From a virus: 64,000 nucleotides of DNA. Positions 44,885 to 54,596 of this stretch are shown piece by piece (position 1 is the first letter of the stretch; each line of letters opens with the position of its first letter). The notes beneath the pieces are model-generated. The model made no database searches, was not told where the DNA came from, and was given only the letters and a program-made list of their open reading frames with translations. The stretch is taken from positions 1 through 64,000 of IMG/VR virus record IMGVR_UViG_3300044819_000016, one strand, 5' to 3'. Made by a program: the position numbers and the translations under genes.

Positions 44885-45348
44885 AGCGATCAGAGGAAAG
44901 TCAGCGTCTTTACGACGAGCGGCTCAAGCGGGCCCGAGCGACGGGGTTCATCCCTGTCGACGAAGCCGCCGAGCTGGTGGTGATGCCGCGGTCGAACATC
45001 TACCACTGGATCAGGAGCGGCGAGATCCGGACCCAGAACTGGGCCGGCGCCAACACGCGCCCCGTCCTGGTGTCGATCGCCGATCTGAAGTCCAAGGTCC
45101 CAACCGCGTTCGGAGGTGGAGACGTGCCTCCGAGGACCACCCCGCAGACCAGGCTCCATCGGGTCCACCAGTTGATCCCTCGGCACGCCCGGGCGCTGCC
45201 CGGTGTCGACGTGACGGCGTGCGGGATCAGGGACGGAGGGCCGAGCGTGAAATTCGGCGCGAACATCCGCGCCATCACCTGCCCGAAGTGCAAGGTGCTT
45301 CGGAAGGTCAGGGGACACCGAGCGAAGAAGGGAGGGAAGGCGTCATGA
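44881..45348 (+). CDS. Excisionase/MerR-type HTH protein with C-terminal Zn finger
   Basis: VDEAAELV..PRSNIYHWIRSGEI; H...TACG...ITCPKC. Confidence 0.7.
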   Translation: MKRSEESQRLYDERLKRARATGFIPVDEAAELVVMPRSNIYHWIRSGEIRTQNWAGANTRPVLVSIADLKSKVPTAFGGGDVPPRTTPQTRLHRVHQLIPRHARALPGVDVTACGIRDGGPSVKFGANIRAITCPKCKVLRKVRGHRAKKGGKAS

Positions 45349-45632
45349 TCAAGTTCGAGAAGATCAAGCCAGGGATGGTCCTGTACGACGTCCACACCTA
45401 CCAGATAGGGAACACCACGCTGCGGTCGTATGGGGAGTGGGAGGTGCAGATCATCGAGGTCTATCCCGAAACCCGCTCCGCCAGCGTGTCGTGGAACGGC
45501 AACCGACCAGAGGTTTGGCGGGAGAAGCAACTGAAGGGGCTGCGCGCGAAGCCGACTGAAATGGTTCGCGGTTTCCTCGGGAGCCGGCGACCCGCGAAGA
45601 AGCACGAGAAGAAGGGAGCAAAGGCACCATGA
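45345..45632 (+). CDS. Hypothetical protein
   Basis: RBS GGAGG; ATGA coupling. Confidence 0.7.
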   Translation: MIKFEKIKPGMVLYDVHTYQIGNTTLRSYGEWEVQIIEVYPETRSASVSWNGNRPEVWREKQLKGLRAKPTEMVRGFLGSRRPAKKHEKKGAKAP

Positions 45633-45844
45633 GCGTCACGCGCGTCGTACCAGAGACCGACGGAGAACAGGCTATCCGTTGGTGCAAACTGGCGGGTGAT
45701 CGGCTGAAAAAAATTTGGCGTCTGGAGGCTCGCATCCGCGAGCAGGATGCCGCCCTGAATGAGAAGGATCGTCTCCTGAAAGTCGCTGAGGAGAACGCGG
45801 CGGCTCTGAGGATTGCGGTTGCCGCATTGTGGGAACGACGATGA
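45629..45844 (+). CDS. Small coiled-coil protein
   Basis: ATGA coupling. Confidence 0.65.
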   Translation: MSVTRVVPETDGEQAIRWCKLAGDRLKKIWRLEARIREQDAALNEKDRLLKVAEENAAALRIAVAALWERR

Positions 45845-47247
45845 AGATCACAGCCGACAACCTGTGGGCGCACGTCGAGGGGACACAAGCGGAGCGCGAC
45901 TTGCTCCGCCTGTACCTGACGGTCCAGGTCAAGAACGCGGAGCACACGGAGTCGTACCAGAGCGGGCATTGGGATGGGACGGTGAAGTTGTTCGACGGTC
46001 GGCGGGAGCGGTTCGCGACTGGGCTCGTCCGCATGGTTGTCGGCTACTGCCGCGAGAAGGGTGTACCGGCCGAGGTCGTGGATGCGAGGGCTCCGCACGA
46101 GACGCGCATCCTTCCCGGCGGGGGATGGCTCCGTCAGTACCAGGCGGAGGCGGTGGAGGCGATGGTCCGCCGGGGACGAGGGATCCTGATGGCTCCGACC
46201 GGCGCGGGGAAGACGGAGATCGCCGCCCGGCTCACCCAGGCCATCCCTTGCCGCTGGCTGATCCTGGTGGACACCCGCGACCTGATGCACCAGATGGCCG
46301 AACGGATTGCCCTGAGGACAGGAGAGCCCGGCGGCCTGGCTGGGGACGGTGAGTGGTCGCCGCGTAGGGTGACCGTGGCGACCCTCCAGACCCTGCTCCA
46401 GGGGATAGGCCAAGGCGGCCCCGTGGATCGCCTCCTGGAGGGAGCCCAGGGGCTCATAGCGGACGAGGTACAGGTCCTCGCCGCCGACGAGTTCAGGAAG
46501 GTCGCGATGGCCACCCCGAACGCCTGGTGGAGGTTCGGAATCTCGGCCACGCCGCTCGAACGCGAGGACGAGGCGGACTACCGGGCCATCGAGGCGCTTG
46601 GGCCATTGATCCACGAGATTCCGGTGGAGACCCTGTTCGAACTGGGGCACCTGGCTCGCCCCGAGATCCTGATGGTCGAGTTCCCGCAGCCCAGGATGAC
46701 CGGCAGCTACCCGGAGATCTACGAAGCCGGGGTGGTCTTGTCGGACGCCCGCAACGCCCTGGTGGCCAAACTCGCCGCTCGATACCACGCTCCGCGCCCG
46801 ACGCTGGTGTTCTTCAAGTCCATCTATCACGGGAAGGTCCTGGCTCGGGAGATCGGCAAGACCGCGGAGGTCGAGGTGGTCTCTGGCGTCCACGGGACGA
46901 AACAGCGCGACAAAGCACGGGGCAGACTCACCCGTGGCCACACCGAGGTTCTGATCACGAGTCGAATCTTCAACAAGGGGATCGACATCCCTGAAGCCCG
47001 CTCCGGCATCAACGCCGCGGGGGGCGCCAGTCGGATCGACGCCCTCCAGAAGGTCGGGCGCGGGATGCGGGTGGTACCCGGCAAAACGACCTTCAGGTAC
47101 TGGGACATCTTGGACACCGGGAATTACAACCTGGAGGGCCACGCCAGGAAGCGCATCGAAGCGTACCGAAGCCGAAACTACAACGTGCGAGTCGTCCGCC
47201 AGCGGGAGCTGGACGCCGTGCTCGCCCAGATGGAGAACACACCATGA
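45841..47247 (+). CDS. Superfamily 2 helicase (UvsW/XPB-like)
   Basis: LRQYQ, APTGAGKT, ADEVQ, SATP, GIDIP and Q..GR..R motifs. Confidence 0.9.
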   Translation: MKITADNLWAHVEGTQAERDLLRLYLTVQVKNAEHTESYQSGHWDGTVKLFDGRRERFATGLVRMVVGYCREKGVPAEVVDARAPHETRILPGGGWLRQYQAEAVEAMVRRGRGILMAPTGAGKTEIAARLTQAIPCRWLILVDTRDLMHQMAERIALRTGEPGGLAGDGEWSPRRVTVATLQTLLQGIGQGGPVDRLLEGAQGLIADEVQVLAADEFRKVAMATPNAWWRFGISATPLEREDEADYRAIEALGPLIHEIPVETLFELGHLARPEILMVEFPQPRMTGSYPEIYEAGVVLSDARNALVAKLAARYHAPRPTLVFFKSIYHGKVLAREIGKTAEVEVVSGVHGTKQRDKARGRLTRGHTEVLITSRIFNKGIDIPEARSGINAAGGASRIDALQKVGRGMRVVPGKTTFRYWDILDTGNYNLEGHARKRIEAYRSRNYNVRVVRQRELDAVLAQMENTP

Positions 47248-47492
47248 CCACGCCATTCCGAGTTGAAAAAGGTGTCCCAATCCCAGAGCCCTCCCTGAAG
47301 TATCCATTCGCCGAAATGCAGGTTGGCGATTCGTTCTTCGTCCCTGGGGGAGACGTCAGGAGCCGCCTGTCTGTTGCGATCTCCGCATGGAAAAAGAGTC
47401 ACCCCGGAGACGACTTCACGATGCGGAAAGGAGCCATCGCAGGGGACCGGACGGAGTTGGTCCATGGGTTCCGCGTCTGGAGGACAAAGTGA
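47244..47492 (+). CDS. Small putative DNA-binding protein
   Basis: EKGVPIP...KYPF..M.VGDSFFVP...G.RVWR pattern common in phages. Confidence 0.75.
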   Translation: MTTPFRVEKGVPIPEPSLKYPFAEMQVGDSFFVPGGDVRSRLSVAISAWKKSHPGDDFTMRKGAIAGDRTELVHGFRVWRTK

Positions 47493-48268
47493 CCACGATT
47501 GAGTTCCCGAAGTACACCGGGGTCCGCTGCCTGATGATGCCCTACATCCAGGGCGAGCCCGATTCCCTGCCGGCGGATTACGATGCCTATCGCGACATCG
47601 TCTCGACGGTGTTCCTGCGCAAGGGAGAGGTCGGCTTCCTGACCATCGACGAGTCGCTGGCCAAGGCCGGGACGCCGCACCGTGGGGCCCGGGCGCACTA
47701 CCCTCGGGCGCTGCACACGGAAGCTGGGATCGTGCGCGAGGTCTATTGCTGGGGCAGCAGCGCCCCGACCTACGGGTGGGGAAGCCCGCCGGCCCCCACC
47801 TACGGATGGGGTGGGGCCCCGACGCCGGTCCCGAGTTGGGGTGGCCGGCGCGCGGTCACGCTGGACCGTGACGTCCGGATCCTGATCGCCTCCAACCTGG
47901 CGGACACCTGCGCCGTCTGGGACGCGGAGCATGAGGACACCTCGGACGACGGCGACATCGGGCACCTGGCCGACGAGTATCCATACCGAGACGCGGTCCT
48001 CCTGGCGGCAGGCGAGGTTCGAGAGATCGGGATCTTGACGCCACACGAAAGCCTGCCGGTGCAGCGCGATGTCCGTCGCCAGTTCCTGCGCATCGTCGGG
48101 GCCGGCGTGCATGGCCGAGAACCCTACTTCACCGAGAACCCGCTGGGTGACACCATAGAGTGCGCCTGTGGCTGCGGGAGATCGTTTCTGCGTTTCGATC
48201 CCAGCGGACGCCCGCGCAAATTCATCTCTGGGCACAACGGCTTCAAGGGACTGGTGACCCATGTCTAA
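47489..48268 (+). CDS. Hypothetical protein with internal WG repeats and C-terminal CxCGCG module
   Basis: GTGA coupling; CACGCG...F..GHN tail. Confidence 0.7.
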   Translation: MTTIEFPKYTGVRCLMMPYIQGEPDSLPADYDAYRDIVSTVFLRKGEVGFLTIDESLAKAGTPHRGARAHYPRALHTEAGIVREVYCWGSSAPTYGWGSPPAPTYGWGGAPTPVPSWGGRRAVTLDRDVRILIASNLADTCAVWDAEHEDTSDDGDIGHLADEYPYRDAVLLAAGEVREIGILTPHESLPVQRDVRRQFLRIVGAGVHGREPYFTENPLGDTIECACGCGRSFLRFDPSGRPRKFISGHNGFKGLVTHV

Positions 48269-49157
48269 TACCTCCATCGAATGGACCTCGAAGGTGTGGA
48301 ATGTCACGCGCGGTTGTGCCCGTGTGTCCGCCGGGTGCGGAACCGGCGTTGCCGGCGGTTGCTATGCTGAGCGCCAGGCGCATCGTTTCAGCGGCCCGGG
48401 TATGCCATACGAGGGGCTCACGAAGATGGGGAAGCACGGCCCACAGTGGACAGGTCGATGCATCTTCGTTCCCGAGAAACTCGACGAGCCGCTCCATTGG
48501 AAAAAGCCGGCGCGAATCTTCGTCAACTCAATGAGCGATCTCTTTCACGATGACATCACCAATGAGCAGATCTCAACCGTCTTCAGCGTCATGGCGGATT
48601 GCCCGCAGCACACGTTCCAGATCCTGACAAAGCGGCCAGCGCGAATGCTGGAGGCTCTCGAATGGATCGAGGAACACTCCGGCGGTCACCACGGCAATTG
48701 GCCACTCCAGAACGTGCATCTCGGCGTCTCATGCGAGAATCAGGAGACGGCAAACGAGCGGATCCCGATCCTCCTGAAGTGCCCGGCCGGGGTCAGGTTC
48801 GTCTCGGCCGAGCCCTTGCTGGGCGCCATCGCCTTCGGCGAGAAGCATCTCGGCCAGGGCTCTGACTGCCCGGAATGCGGGTGGGGAGTTCTCGTCGACG
48901 AGGAAGGATGCTGCGCCACCTGCGGCGAGTACTCGATGTGGTACGGGCTCGACTGGGTGATCGTCGGCGGCGAGAGCGGGCCCCGCCGTCGTGATTGCGA
49001 AGTCGAGTGGATCCACTCCATCGTCGAGCAGTGCGAGGGCGTCGGGGTCCCGTGCTTCGTGAAGCAGGACAGCGGCGCGCGCTCGGGAGGACAGGGACGG
49101 TTGTCTGACGAACTGTGGTCCATCAAGCAATTCCCCGTGACAGGAGAGACACCATGA
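48261..49157 (+). CDS. Phage Gp37/Gp68 (DUF5131) family protein
   Basis: T.IEWT..WN...GC..VS.GC...CYAE, IFVNSMSDLFH, FQILTKRP, SAEPLLG and WVIVGGESG motifs. Confidence 0.9.
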   Translation: MSNTSIEWTSKVWNVTRGCARVSAGCGTGVAGGCYAERQAHRFSGPGMPYEGLTKMGKHGPQWTGRCIFVPEKLDEPLHWKKPARIFVNSMSDLFHDDITNEQISTVFSVMADCPQHTFQILTKRPARMLEALEWIEEHSGGHHGNWPLQNVHLGVSCENQETANERIPILLKCPAGVRFVSAEPLLGAIAFGEKHLGQGSDCPECGWGVLVDEEGCCATCGEYSMWYGLDWVIVGGESGPRRRDCEVEWIHSIVEQCEGVGVPCFVKQDSGARSGGQGRLSDELWSIKQFPVTGETP

Positions 49158-49696
49158 GCCTCGCCGAGCGGATCTTGTCCCGACTCCTGCACCGCCGCGT
49201 GATCATGGACCGCGAAGGGGGAACCAAGTACCTCAGCCGGTGGTACATCCTTGGCACGAGGTTCGACTCCAACGGCAAGAAGCTGTCCCACTCCCGGCTC
49301 CCCTTCAGCCTGTTCGTGCACCGCTTCCACCGCTCGGACGACGATGGTTGCCTTCACAGTCATCCCTGGGCTTGGAGCGTGGCCCTGATCTTGCGCGGCG
49401 GGTACTCGGAGGAGCGCCGGGTGGGCGACGAGGTCATCCGCCGGCTGGTGAAGCCCTGGCGCCTGAACTTCATCCGAGGGACCGACTACCATCGGGTGGA
49501 CCTGGTAGGGCATGACGCCTGGAGCTTGTTCCTGGCCGGACCTAAGGTGTCCACCTGGTACTTCTGGGACCGGGAGACCAAGCGCCGGATGGAATGGCGG
49601 TCGTTCATTGCCATGAAGAGGGGCCTGGGAGCGCCTGGGAACGCCTGGGAGGCCGATTCGAGGGCGGCAAGCCCTGAGGTACTCACCAGGCGATGA
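49154..49696 (+). CDS. Cupin-like hypothetical protein
   Basis: H.F.RSD.D..LH.HPW.....IL.GGY.EE...YHRV.L pattern. Confidence 0.7.
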   Translation: MSLAERILSRLLHRRVIMDREGGTKYLSRWYILGTRFDSNGKKLSHSRLPFSLFVHRFHRSDDDGCLHSHPWAWSVALILRGGYSEERRVGDEVIRRLVKPWRLNFIRGTDYHRVDLVGHDAWSLFLAGPKVSTWYFWDRETKRRMEWRSFIAMKRGLGAPGNAWEADSRAASPEVLTRR

Positions 49697-49898
49697 ACGG
49701 GGCTCCTGGAGCATCCTGTGCGTTCTGGGGCCCAGACGCACGAAGGGCCCGGAGTGTTAGTCCGAGCCCTGTTCGTGCAACCCGTTTTGCTTTTTCAAGC
49801 CAGTGGGTTAATCTGGGGGTTGTCCAGACCCGCGTTCGGGGGAAAAGATCCCACGGATGCGGGCGGTTGTCAAACCCCTATCCGATGGAGACTTTCGA

Positions 49899-50465
49899 AT
49901 GAGCGCAAGCGGCGGTAGTGCGTGGTATTCGGAGATACTGAAGGACCCGAGGTGGCAGAAGAAGCGACTGGAGATCATGAGTCGCGACGGGTTCAAATGC
50001 GTGAACTGCGAAGCGTCAGATAAGACGCTTCACGTTCACCACCTGCGATACCTCAAGGGCAAGAAACCATGGGAGCATGGCGACGAGAACCTCCAGACGC
50101 TCTGCGTGGATTGCCACGCAACCGAATCAGTGGTTGACGAGAGACTGAAGGAGGCGATTTTCGCCTATGCCATTTTCTGCGGTGGCAAAGAGGGTCTGCT
50201 CGGGTACCTGGAGGCGGCGGCCGCTTATTGGCATTTTGGCAAAGATGGCGATCACGCCCCGTTGTCAGTGAAAATAATAAGTACTGCCCACGCATGCGGA
50301 ATAGCCAAGTGGCTCAGGGAGCAGGACGCCGGGGTCGACATCGATGGCGCTGGCGTAGTAGCCTTGGCAACCATCGATGAGGAGTCATCGCTGGCCATCG
50401 TCGACATCCAGGGTTTGCTGTTCAGTCTTCTGCCGGCGGGTGACCCGAGGCTTCCTCGCCCATGA
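49899..50465 (+). CDS. HNH-family protein
   Basis: LKDPRWQKKRLEI..RD.F.C..C.....LHVHH..Y...L.TLC..CH. Confidence 0.8.
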   Translation: MSASGGSAWYSEILKDPRWQKKRLEIMSRDGFKCVNCEASDKTLHVHHLRYLKGKKPWEHGDENLQTLCVDCHATESVVDERLKEAIFAYAIFCGGKEGLLGYLEAAAAYWHFGKDGDHAPLSVKIISTAHACGIAKWLREQDAGVDIDGAGVVALATIDEESSLAIVDIQGLLFSLLPAGDPRLPRP

Positions 50466-51202
50466 GCTGCGCGTGCCATGTCCAACCTTCCGTCAGAAGG
50501 ACCATCCGAATCAGCAAGGAGGAGACCGTTCGGTCCATGGTTTGCCCTTGCTGCCATGCGACCTGGAAAACGCGTGAACTGGACATCGTGGGGAGCCATA
50601 TGGAGGCAGTTAACGGGTGGCATATGGCCACTAATAGCCAGATCACAGATGTGATCGAAGATGATCCGATACCAAGAAGATCCAATGAAATTGCGGTGAT
50701 CACGAAGTTGTCGGGCATTTCTACGCCTCGCGTTAAGGGGGGAGGGGGGGTTTCCGTGATCCACTCTCCAGAAAGTGATCAGCCTCTAAGTGATGATCAT
50801 CAGGGATTGATCCTCCAACTTCCCAGTAAACCTACCGCGCGCGCGCCCGCGACCCCTGCGCCCGCGACCCCAGGGGCATTCGATCGATTCTGGGCCGCCT
50901 ACCCGAGGAAGGTGGCCAAGGCCAGGGCCCTTGCGACGTGGAAAAAGAAACGCCCAATCCTCTCCGTCGTCCTGGACGCCCTGGAGTGGCAGAAGGTCGA
51001 ATGGGCCAAGGGGGATCTGAAGTTCATCCCTCATCCGGCATCTTGGATCCACGACGGTAGATGGGAGGACGAGCGCCCGAAGCCAGGCGCCAACGCCCCC
51101 GTCCGCGACGTCGCCATTGGCTGGGCACCGGCCCCTCGTCGCTCCGAGAACTTCGTGGAAGGCGTCGGCGGATACGCCAGCGTGAAGGGGGCGAACGAAT
51201 GA
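50462..51202 (+). CDS. Replication initiator-like protein with N-terminal Zn ribbon
   Basis: FDRFWAAYPRKVAK..A...W and FIPHPASWI...RWEDE; directly upstream of the DnaC/DnaB-like genes. Confidence 0.75.
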   Translation: MSCACHVQPSVRRTIRISKEETVRSMVCPCCHATWKTRELDIVGSHMEAVNGWHMATNSQITDVIEDDPIPRRSNEIAVITKLSGISTPRVKGGGGVSVIHSPESDQPLSDDHQGLILQLPSKPTARAPATPAPATPGAFDRFWAAYPRKVAKARALATWKKKRPILSVVLDALEWQKVEWAKGDLKFIPHPASWIHDGRWEDERPKPGANAPVRDVAIGWAPAPRRSENFVEGVGGYASVKGANE

Positions 51203-51849
51203 AACTTCCAGAGCGCACCGCTGGTGAAGACCTGGAGGCGTGGATCGCTCGCCTGTACGAATTGGAGATGTCTCCAGCCGGGAAGGCGGCTCGGCGCGAC
51301 GAGGTCGCCGCCGGGATCGTCAAGGCCCGTGGCGAGCAGCGGGCGCAATTGGTGGCGATGGGCGCCCCTCTCGTGGCGGTCACCGCCCTTGAACACTTGA
51401 AGAAATCTCCCCTCATCGCCGCCGTCCGGGAGAATCCACCGCGTGTTCTCCTGGCCCTATCTGCTGGCGTAGGAGCTGGAAAGACGGTCGCAGCATGCGC
51501 GGCGATGCTCGACGTTCTTCAGTCAGGCTGGGAGTCGCTGTTCGTCCGGGCCATCCCATTCGCCCGGTGGGATCGATACGATGATGACGAGATGGGTCGG
51601 CTATTGGAAACTCGACTCCTGATCATCGATGATCTCGGACAGGAATTCATGGACGCGAAGGGGAATTTCGCCGTCCTCCTGGACGAAGTCACGGCAACGC
51701 GATCGGAGAATAACCTGCGAACGATCCTGACGACGAACCTGAGTGTCGGCGACTTCCGGACTCGATACGGTGAGCGCATCGCCAGCCGCATCTCTGGCCT
51801 CGGGGGATTCTTCGAATACTCGGGCCGCGATCTCCGGGTGAAGCCATGA
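51199..51849 (+). CDS. DnaC/IstB-like helicase loader ATPase
   Basis: GVGAGKT, LLIIDDLGQE, TILTTNL and YGERIASRI motifs. Confidence 0.85.
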   Translation: MKLPERTAGEDLEAWIARLYELEMSPAGKAARRDEVAAGIVKARGEQRAQLVAMGAPLVAVTALEHLKKSPLIAAVRENPPRVLLALSAGVGAGKTVAACAAMLDVLQSGWESLFVRAIPFARWDRYDDDEMGRLLETRLLIIDDLGQEFMDAKGNFAVLLDEVTATRSENNLRTILTTNLSVGDFRTRYGERIASRISGLGGFFEYSGRDLRVKP

Positions 51850-53222
51850 ACGCGCCGCCGTTCTCCATGGAATCCGAGAAGGCAGCGCTCGGGTCAGTCC
51901 TGATCCGGAACACAGCCTACGACGAGGTGTCATCGCTCGTCGTCGCGGAGGACTTCGTCGGCCTTGGGCACGATGCGATCTTCCGAGCGATGGGCGTCCT
52001 CGTGGCTGCTGGCAAGCCGCCGGGGGACGTGATGCTGCTGATCGAAGAGGTCCGTCGCTCGGGCAGTCTCGGCAAACTCGACGGCGGCGAGATGTACATG
52101 CTCACGTTGAGCGGGGCTGTCCCCACAGCCGAAAATGCTGTTCACTACGCACGGATCATCCGGGACAAAGCCGTCTTGCGCCGGGTCATGGCCGCTTGTG
52201 CAGAGACGATTGCACGAGCCAGTTCCAACGAGGCGGTTGGCGCATCCGCCGTACTGGCGGATCACATGGCTGGATTCGAAGCCATTACGATTCGCGGCGA
52301 TCGCGGCTCCGAGTCATACTCCGATCTCGGTAGTCGCGTGCTCGATGTCGTCGAGGCGAAGTGCAAGGCACCTGACGGCTACCAGATCCCGATCGGCATC
52401 AAGGAGTTCGACGAGGAATACGGCGGCTTCAGAGCTGGGCAATTCGTCCTGATCGGTGGGCGCCCAGGGAACTTCAAGACGACGTTTGCCGTCAACACCG
52501 CCGTCCGGATGGCGATGACGAGCAACATCTCGTCGCTGATCTTCTCGCTCGAAATGTCGAAACAGGAATTGTTCGAGAAGATGCTGGCCCAGATTTCCGA
52601 AGTGGACTCGAAGAAGATCACACGCGGGACGCTCGACGTCGCGGAATGGAAGTCAATCCACGGGGCACACAAGGTTCTGTCTAAGCTCCCGATCCTGATC
52701 GACGACCGCGAAGATATCGCCGCCGAGGATCTGTGCTCCGCGGCTCGGATGTGGTCGCGCTCGGTAGATGCCGGCGGACCACCGAAGATGAAAGCGATTT
52801 GGATCGACTCCATGTCTCAACTCTCGCTGCGAAAGGAAGGTCGGCGGTTCGATGACGTCTCGAAGATTTCGCGGATGCTGAAGCGCCTGGCGCGGTCCCT
52901 AGGCTGCCCGGTGTTCCTGGTGGCGCACGTCAACCGCGAGGTCGAAAAGTCAGTGCGACCGCGCAAGCCGAGGCTCTCCGATCTCCGTGAGTCTGGAAGC
53001 CTTGAGCAAGACGCCGACGTCGTCCTGTTCCCATGGATCACTCCGGGCCAGTCGGCAGACGTCCTCGACGCTCACCTGCTGATGGTCAAAGTCCGCGACG
53101 GCGTGCCGTCCGAGGTTCCAGTCTCGATCCATCGGCGGTGCGGGGCCTTCAAAAGCCGCGAAGACTCAACGTTCGTGAGCACACTCGCCTCTGCCCCCGA
53201 CCATTGGGGCAACCCGGAATGA
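51846..53222 (+). CDS. dnaB: Replicative DNA helicase DnaB
   Basis: PP.S.E.E.A.LG, GRPGNFKT, FSLEMS and SDLRESGSLEQDADVV motifs. Confidence 0.95.
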   Translation: MNAPPFSMESEKAALGSVLIRNTAYDEVSSLVVAEDFVGLGHDAIFRAMGVLVAAGKPPGDVMLLIEEVRRSGSLGKLDGGEMYMLTLSGAVPTAENAVHYARIIRDKAVLRRVMAACAETIARASSNEAVGASAVLADHMAGFEAITIRGDRGSESYSDLGSRVLDVVEAKCKAPDGYQIPIGIKEFDEEYGGFRAGQFVLIGGRPGNFKTTFAVNTAVRMAMTSNISSLIFSLEMSKQELFEKMLAQISEVDSKKITRGTLDVAEWKSIHGAHKVLSKLPILIDDREDIAAEDLCSAARMWSRSVDAGGPPKMKAIWIDSMSQLSLRKEGRRFDDVSKISRMLKRLARSLGCPVFLVAHVNREVEKSVRPRKPRLSDLRESGSLEQDADVVLFPWITPGQSADVLDAHLLMVKVRDGVPSEVPVSIHRRCGAFKSREDSTFVSTLASAPDHWGNPE

Positions 53223-53527
53223 AGACCAAGAACATCGATATGTTTGCCGCCCCGGCTGCTCCAGTCGCTCCCAGTGCCCCGCTCAGGGCCTCCAAGGCCC
53301 CGGCGCCCCAGCCGACAGAGAACGCCCCGCCAGCGCGAAGCCAGAGGCCCTGGGTGACGGCTCCGCCGGCCAGGACGCCTGTGTACTACATCACATCGGG
53401 CATCTCGACCTACGTCTGGCTGTGCCCCAGGCACGTCGTCGCCCGGAAGAAGGCCGGTTGGACGGTCAAGGGAACCGGGACCTACGCTGACTGGGGCTGC
53501 GACGATTGCCCTCGCGAGACGGGCTAA
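53219..53527 (+). CDS. Hypothetical Zn-binding protein
   Basis: ATGA coupling; C..H...C..C. Confidence 0.6.
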   Translation: MKTKNIDMFAAPAAPVAPSAPLRASKAPAPQPTENAPPARSQRPWVTAPPARTPVYYITSGISTYVWLCPRHVVARKKAGWTVKGTGTYADWGCDDCPRETG

Positions 53528-53549
53528 CTTCCCTCGTACGGAGGGAACG

Positions 53550-54110
53550 ATGAGCGAAAGAAAAGTCAGCACCGATGCCTTGGAGACCCTTGGCACGATT
53601 CACACGAAGGACGAGAAGCGCGATGCCATTCACCTGGCGGTCGTTCAGGTGAGTGCCAAGATGCTCCTTAATCCAGGGGAGTCGATCGCGATCAGGAACG
53701 GCTGGGCACACATCCCAAGAGGCGACGAGGAATCCCTGGCCATCGTCGACCCGTTCCTCACGGCCAAGGTGCGCTATGGCGATCGGTTCTGGGCTGTCCT
53801 GCGCCCGCGCTTGGTGACGTCACTGCGCCACGTCTGGACGCATACCGCGTTCCCTGACACCGAGGCCCACCAGGATGGCCGCACGGCATCCGAGGTGTGG
53901 ATGGACGACTTCTCCAAGTCCCTCGGGATAACCACGGAGACGCTCATGGAGGGCGCGAAGAGGTACCTGAAATATGACGACCGCCTGTATTGCGGGGAGT
54001 TGTTCGACGGCAAGGAAATTCCCAAAGAGTTTTGGAGGCACTTCGAGGAGATCGAGAAGACCACCGTCCCCCAGGAGAAGCGGCACGACTTCTTGAGCTG
54101 CTCATGCTGA
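53550..54110 (+). CDS. Conserved hypothetical phage protein
   Basis: RBS GGAGG; RDAIHLAV...IVDPFL...SLRHVWTH..F...SCSC. Confidence 0.8.
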   Translation: MSERKVSTDALETLGTIHTKDEKRDAIHLAVVQVSAKMLLNPGESIAIRNGWAHIPRGDEESLAIVDPFLTAKVRYGDRFWAVLRPRLVTSLRHVWTHTAFPDTEAHQDGRTASEVWMDDFSKSLGITTETLMEGAKRYLKYDDRLYCGELFDGKEIPKEFWRHFEEIEKTTVPQEKRHDFLSCSC

Positions 54111-54595
54111 AGCCAACGACGAAGCAGATCGCCGATGCCATGCCGCTGACCGAGAGCCACACGGCGCCGCACGGTCCATTCCCGCTGGAGCAGTTCATGT
54201 GCGGCATCTGCGGCCAGGGCTCCGGCTCCCTCGCGCTCTACCGCGAGTGCGACGTCGTCGACAAGCCGTATCCCGGCGACGAAGCCTTGATCTTCATCGG
54301 TAGGGACCACGCCGGGTGCATGCGTGCGATGGACGCCCATCCTCGGCTCTACATCGAGGAGTCCGGGAATCCGGGCAGCTTCCCGGCGCTCTGCGGGGAG
54401 TGCACCTGGCGCGTCGATTTGCGCTGCGAACACCCTGATCAGTTCGTCAAAAGCGGTCCCGGTCTGAAGGTGGATCTGACAGACCCACTCCGCGGCGCAA
54501 TCGTCTGCGGGACTGACAGACAGGGGCGCCGCGCGCGAATCAGGATGGTCAACCGCGCCGTCTCGTGCGCTGGCCAAGAAATCAAAGGAGGGTGA
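54104..54595 (+). CDS. Cys-rich hypothetical protein
   Basis: Multiple CxxC motifs; tight packing. Confidence 0.65.
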   Translation: MLKPTTKQIADAMPLTESHTAPHGPFPLEQFMCGICGQGSGSLALYRECDVVDKPYPGDEALIFIGRDHAGCMRAMDAHPRLYIEESGNPGSFPALCGECTWRVDLRCEHPDQFVKSGPGLKVDLTDPLRGAIVCGTDRQGRRARIRMVNRAVSCAGQEIKGG

Positions 54596-54596
54596 G

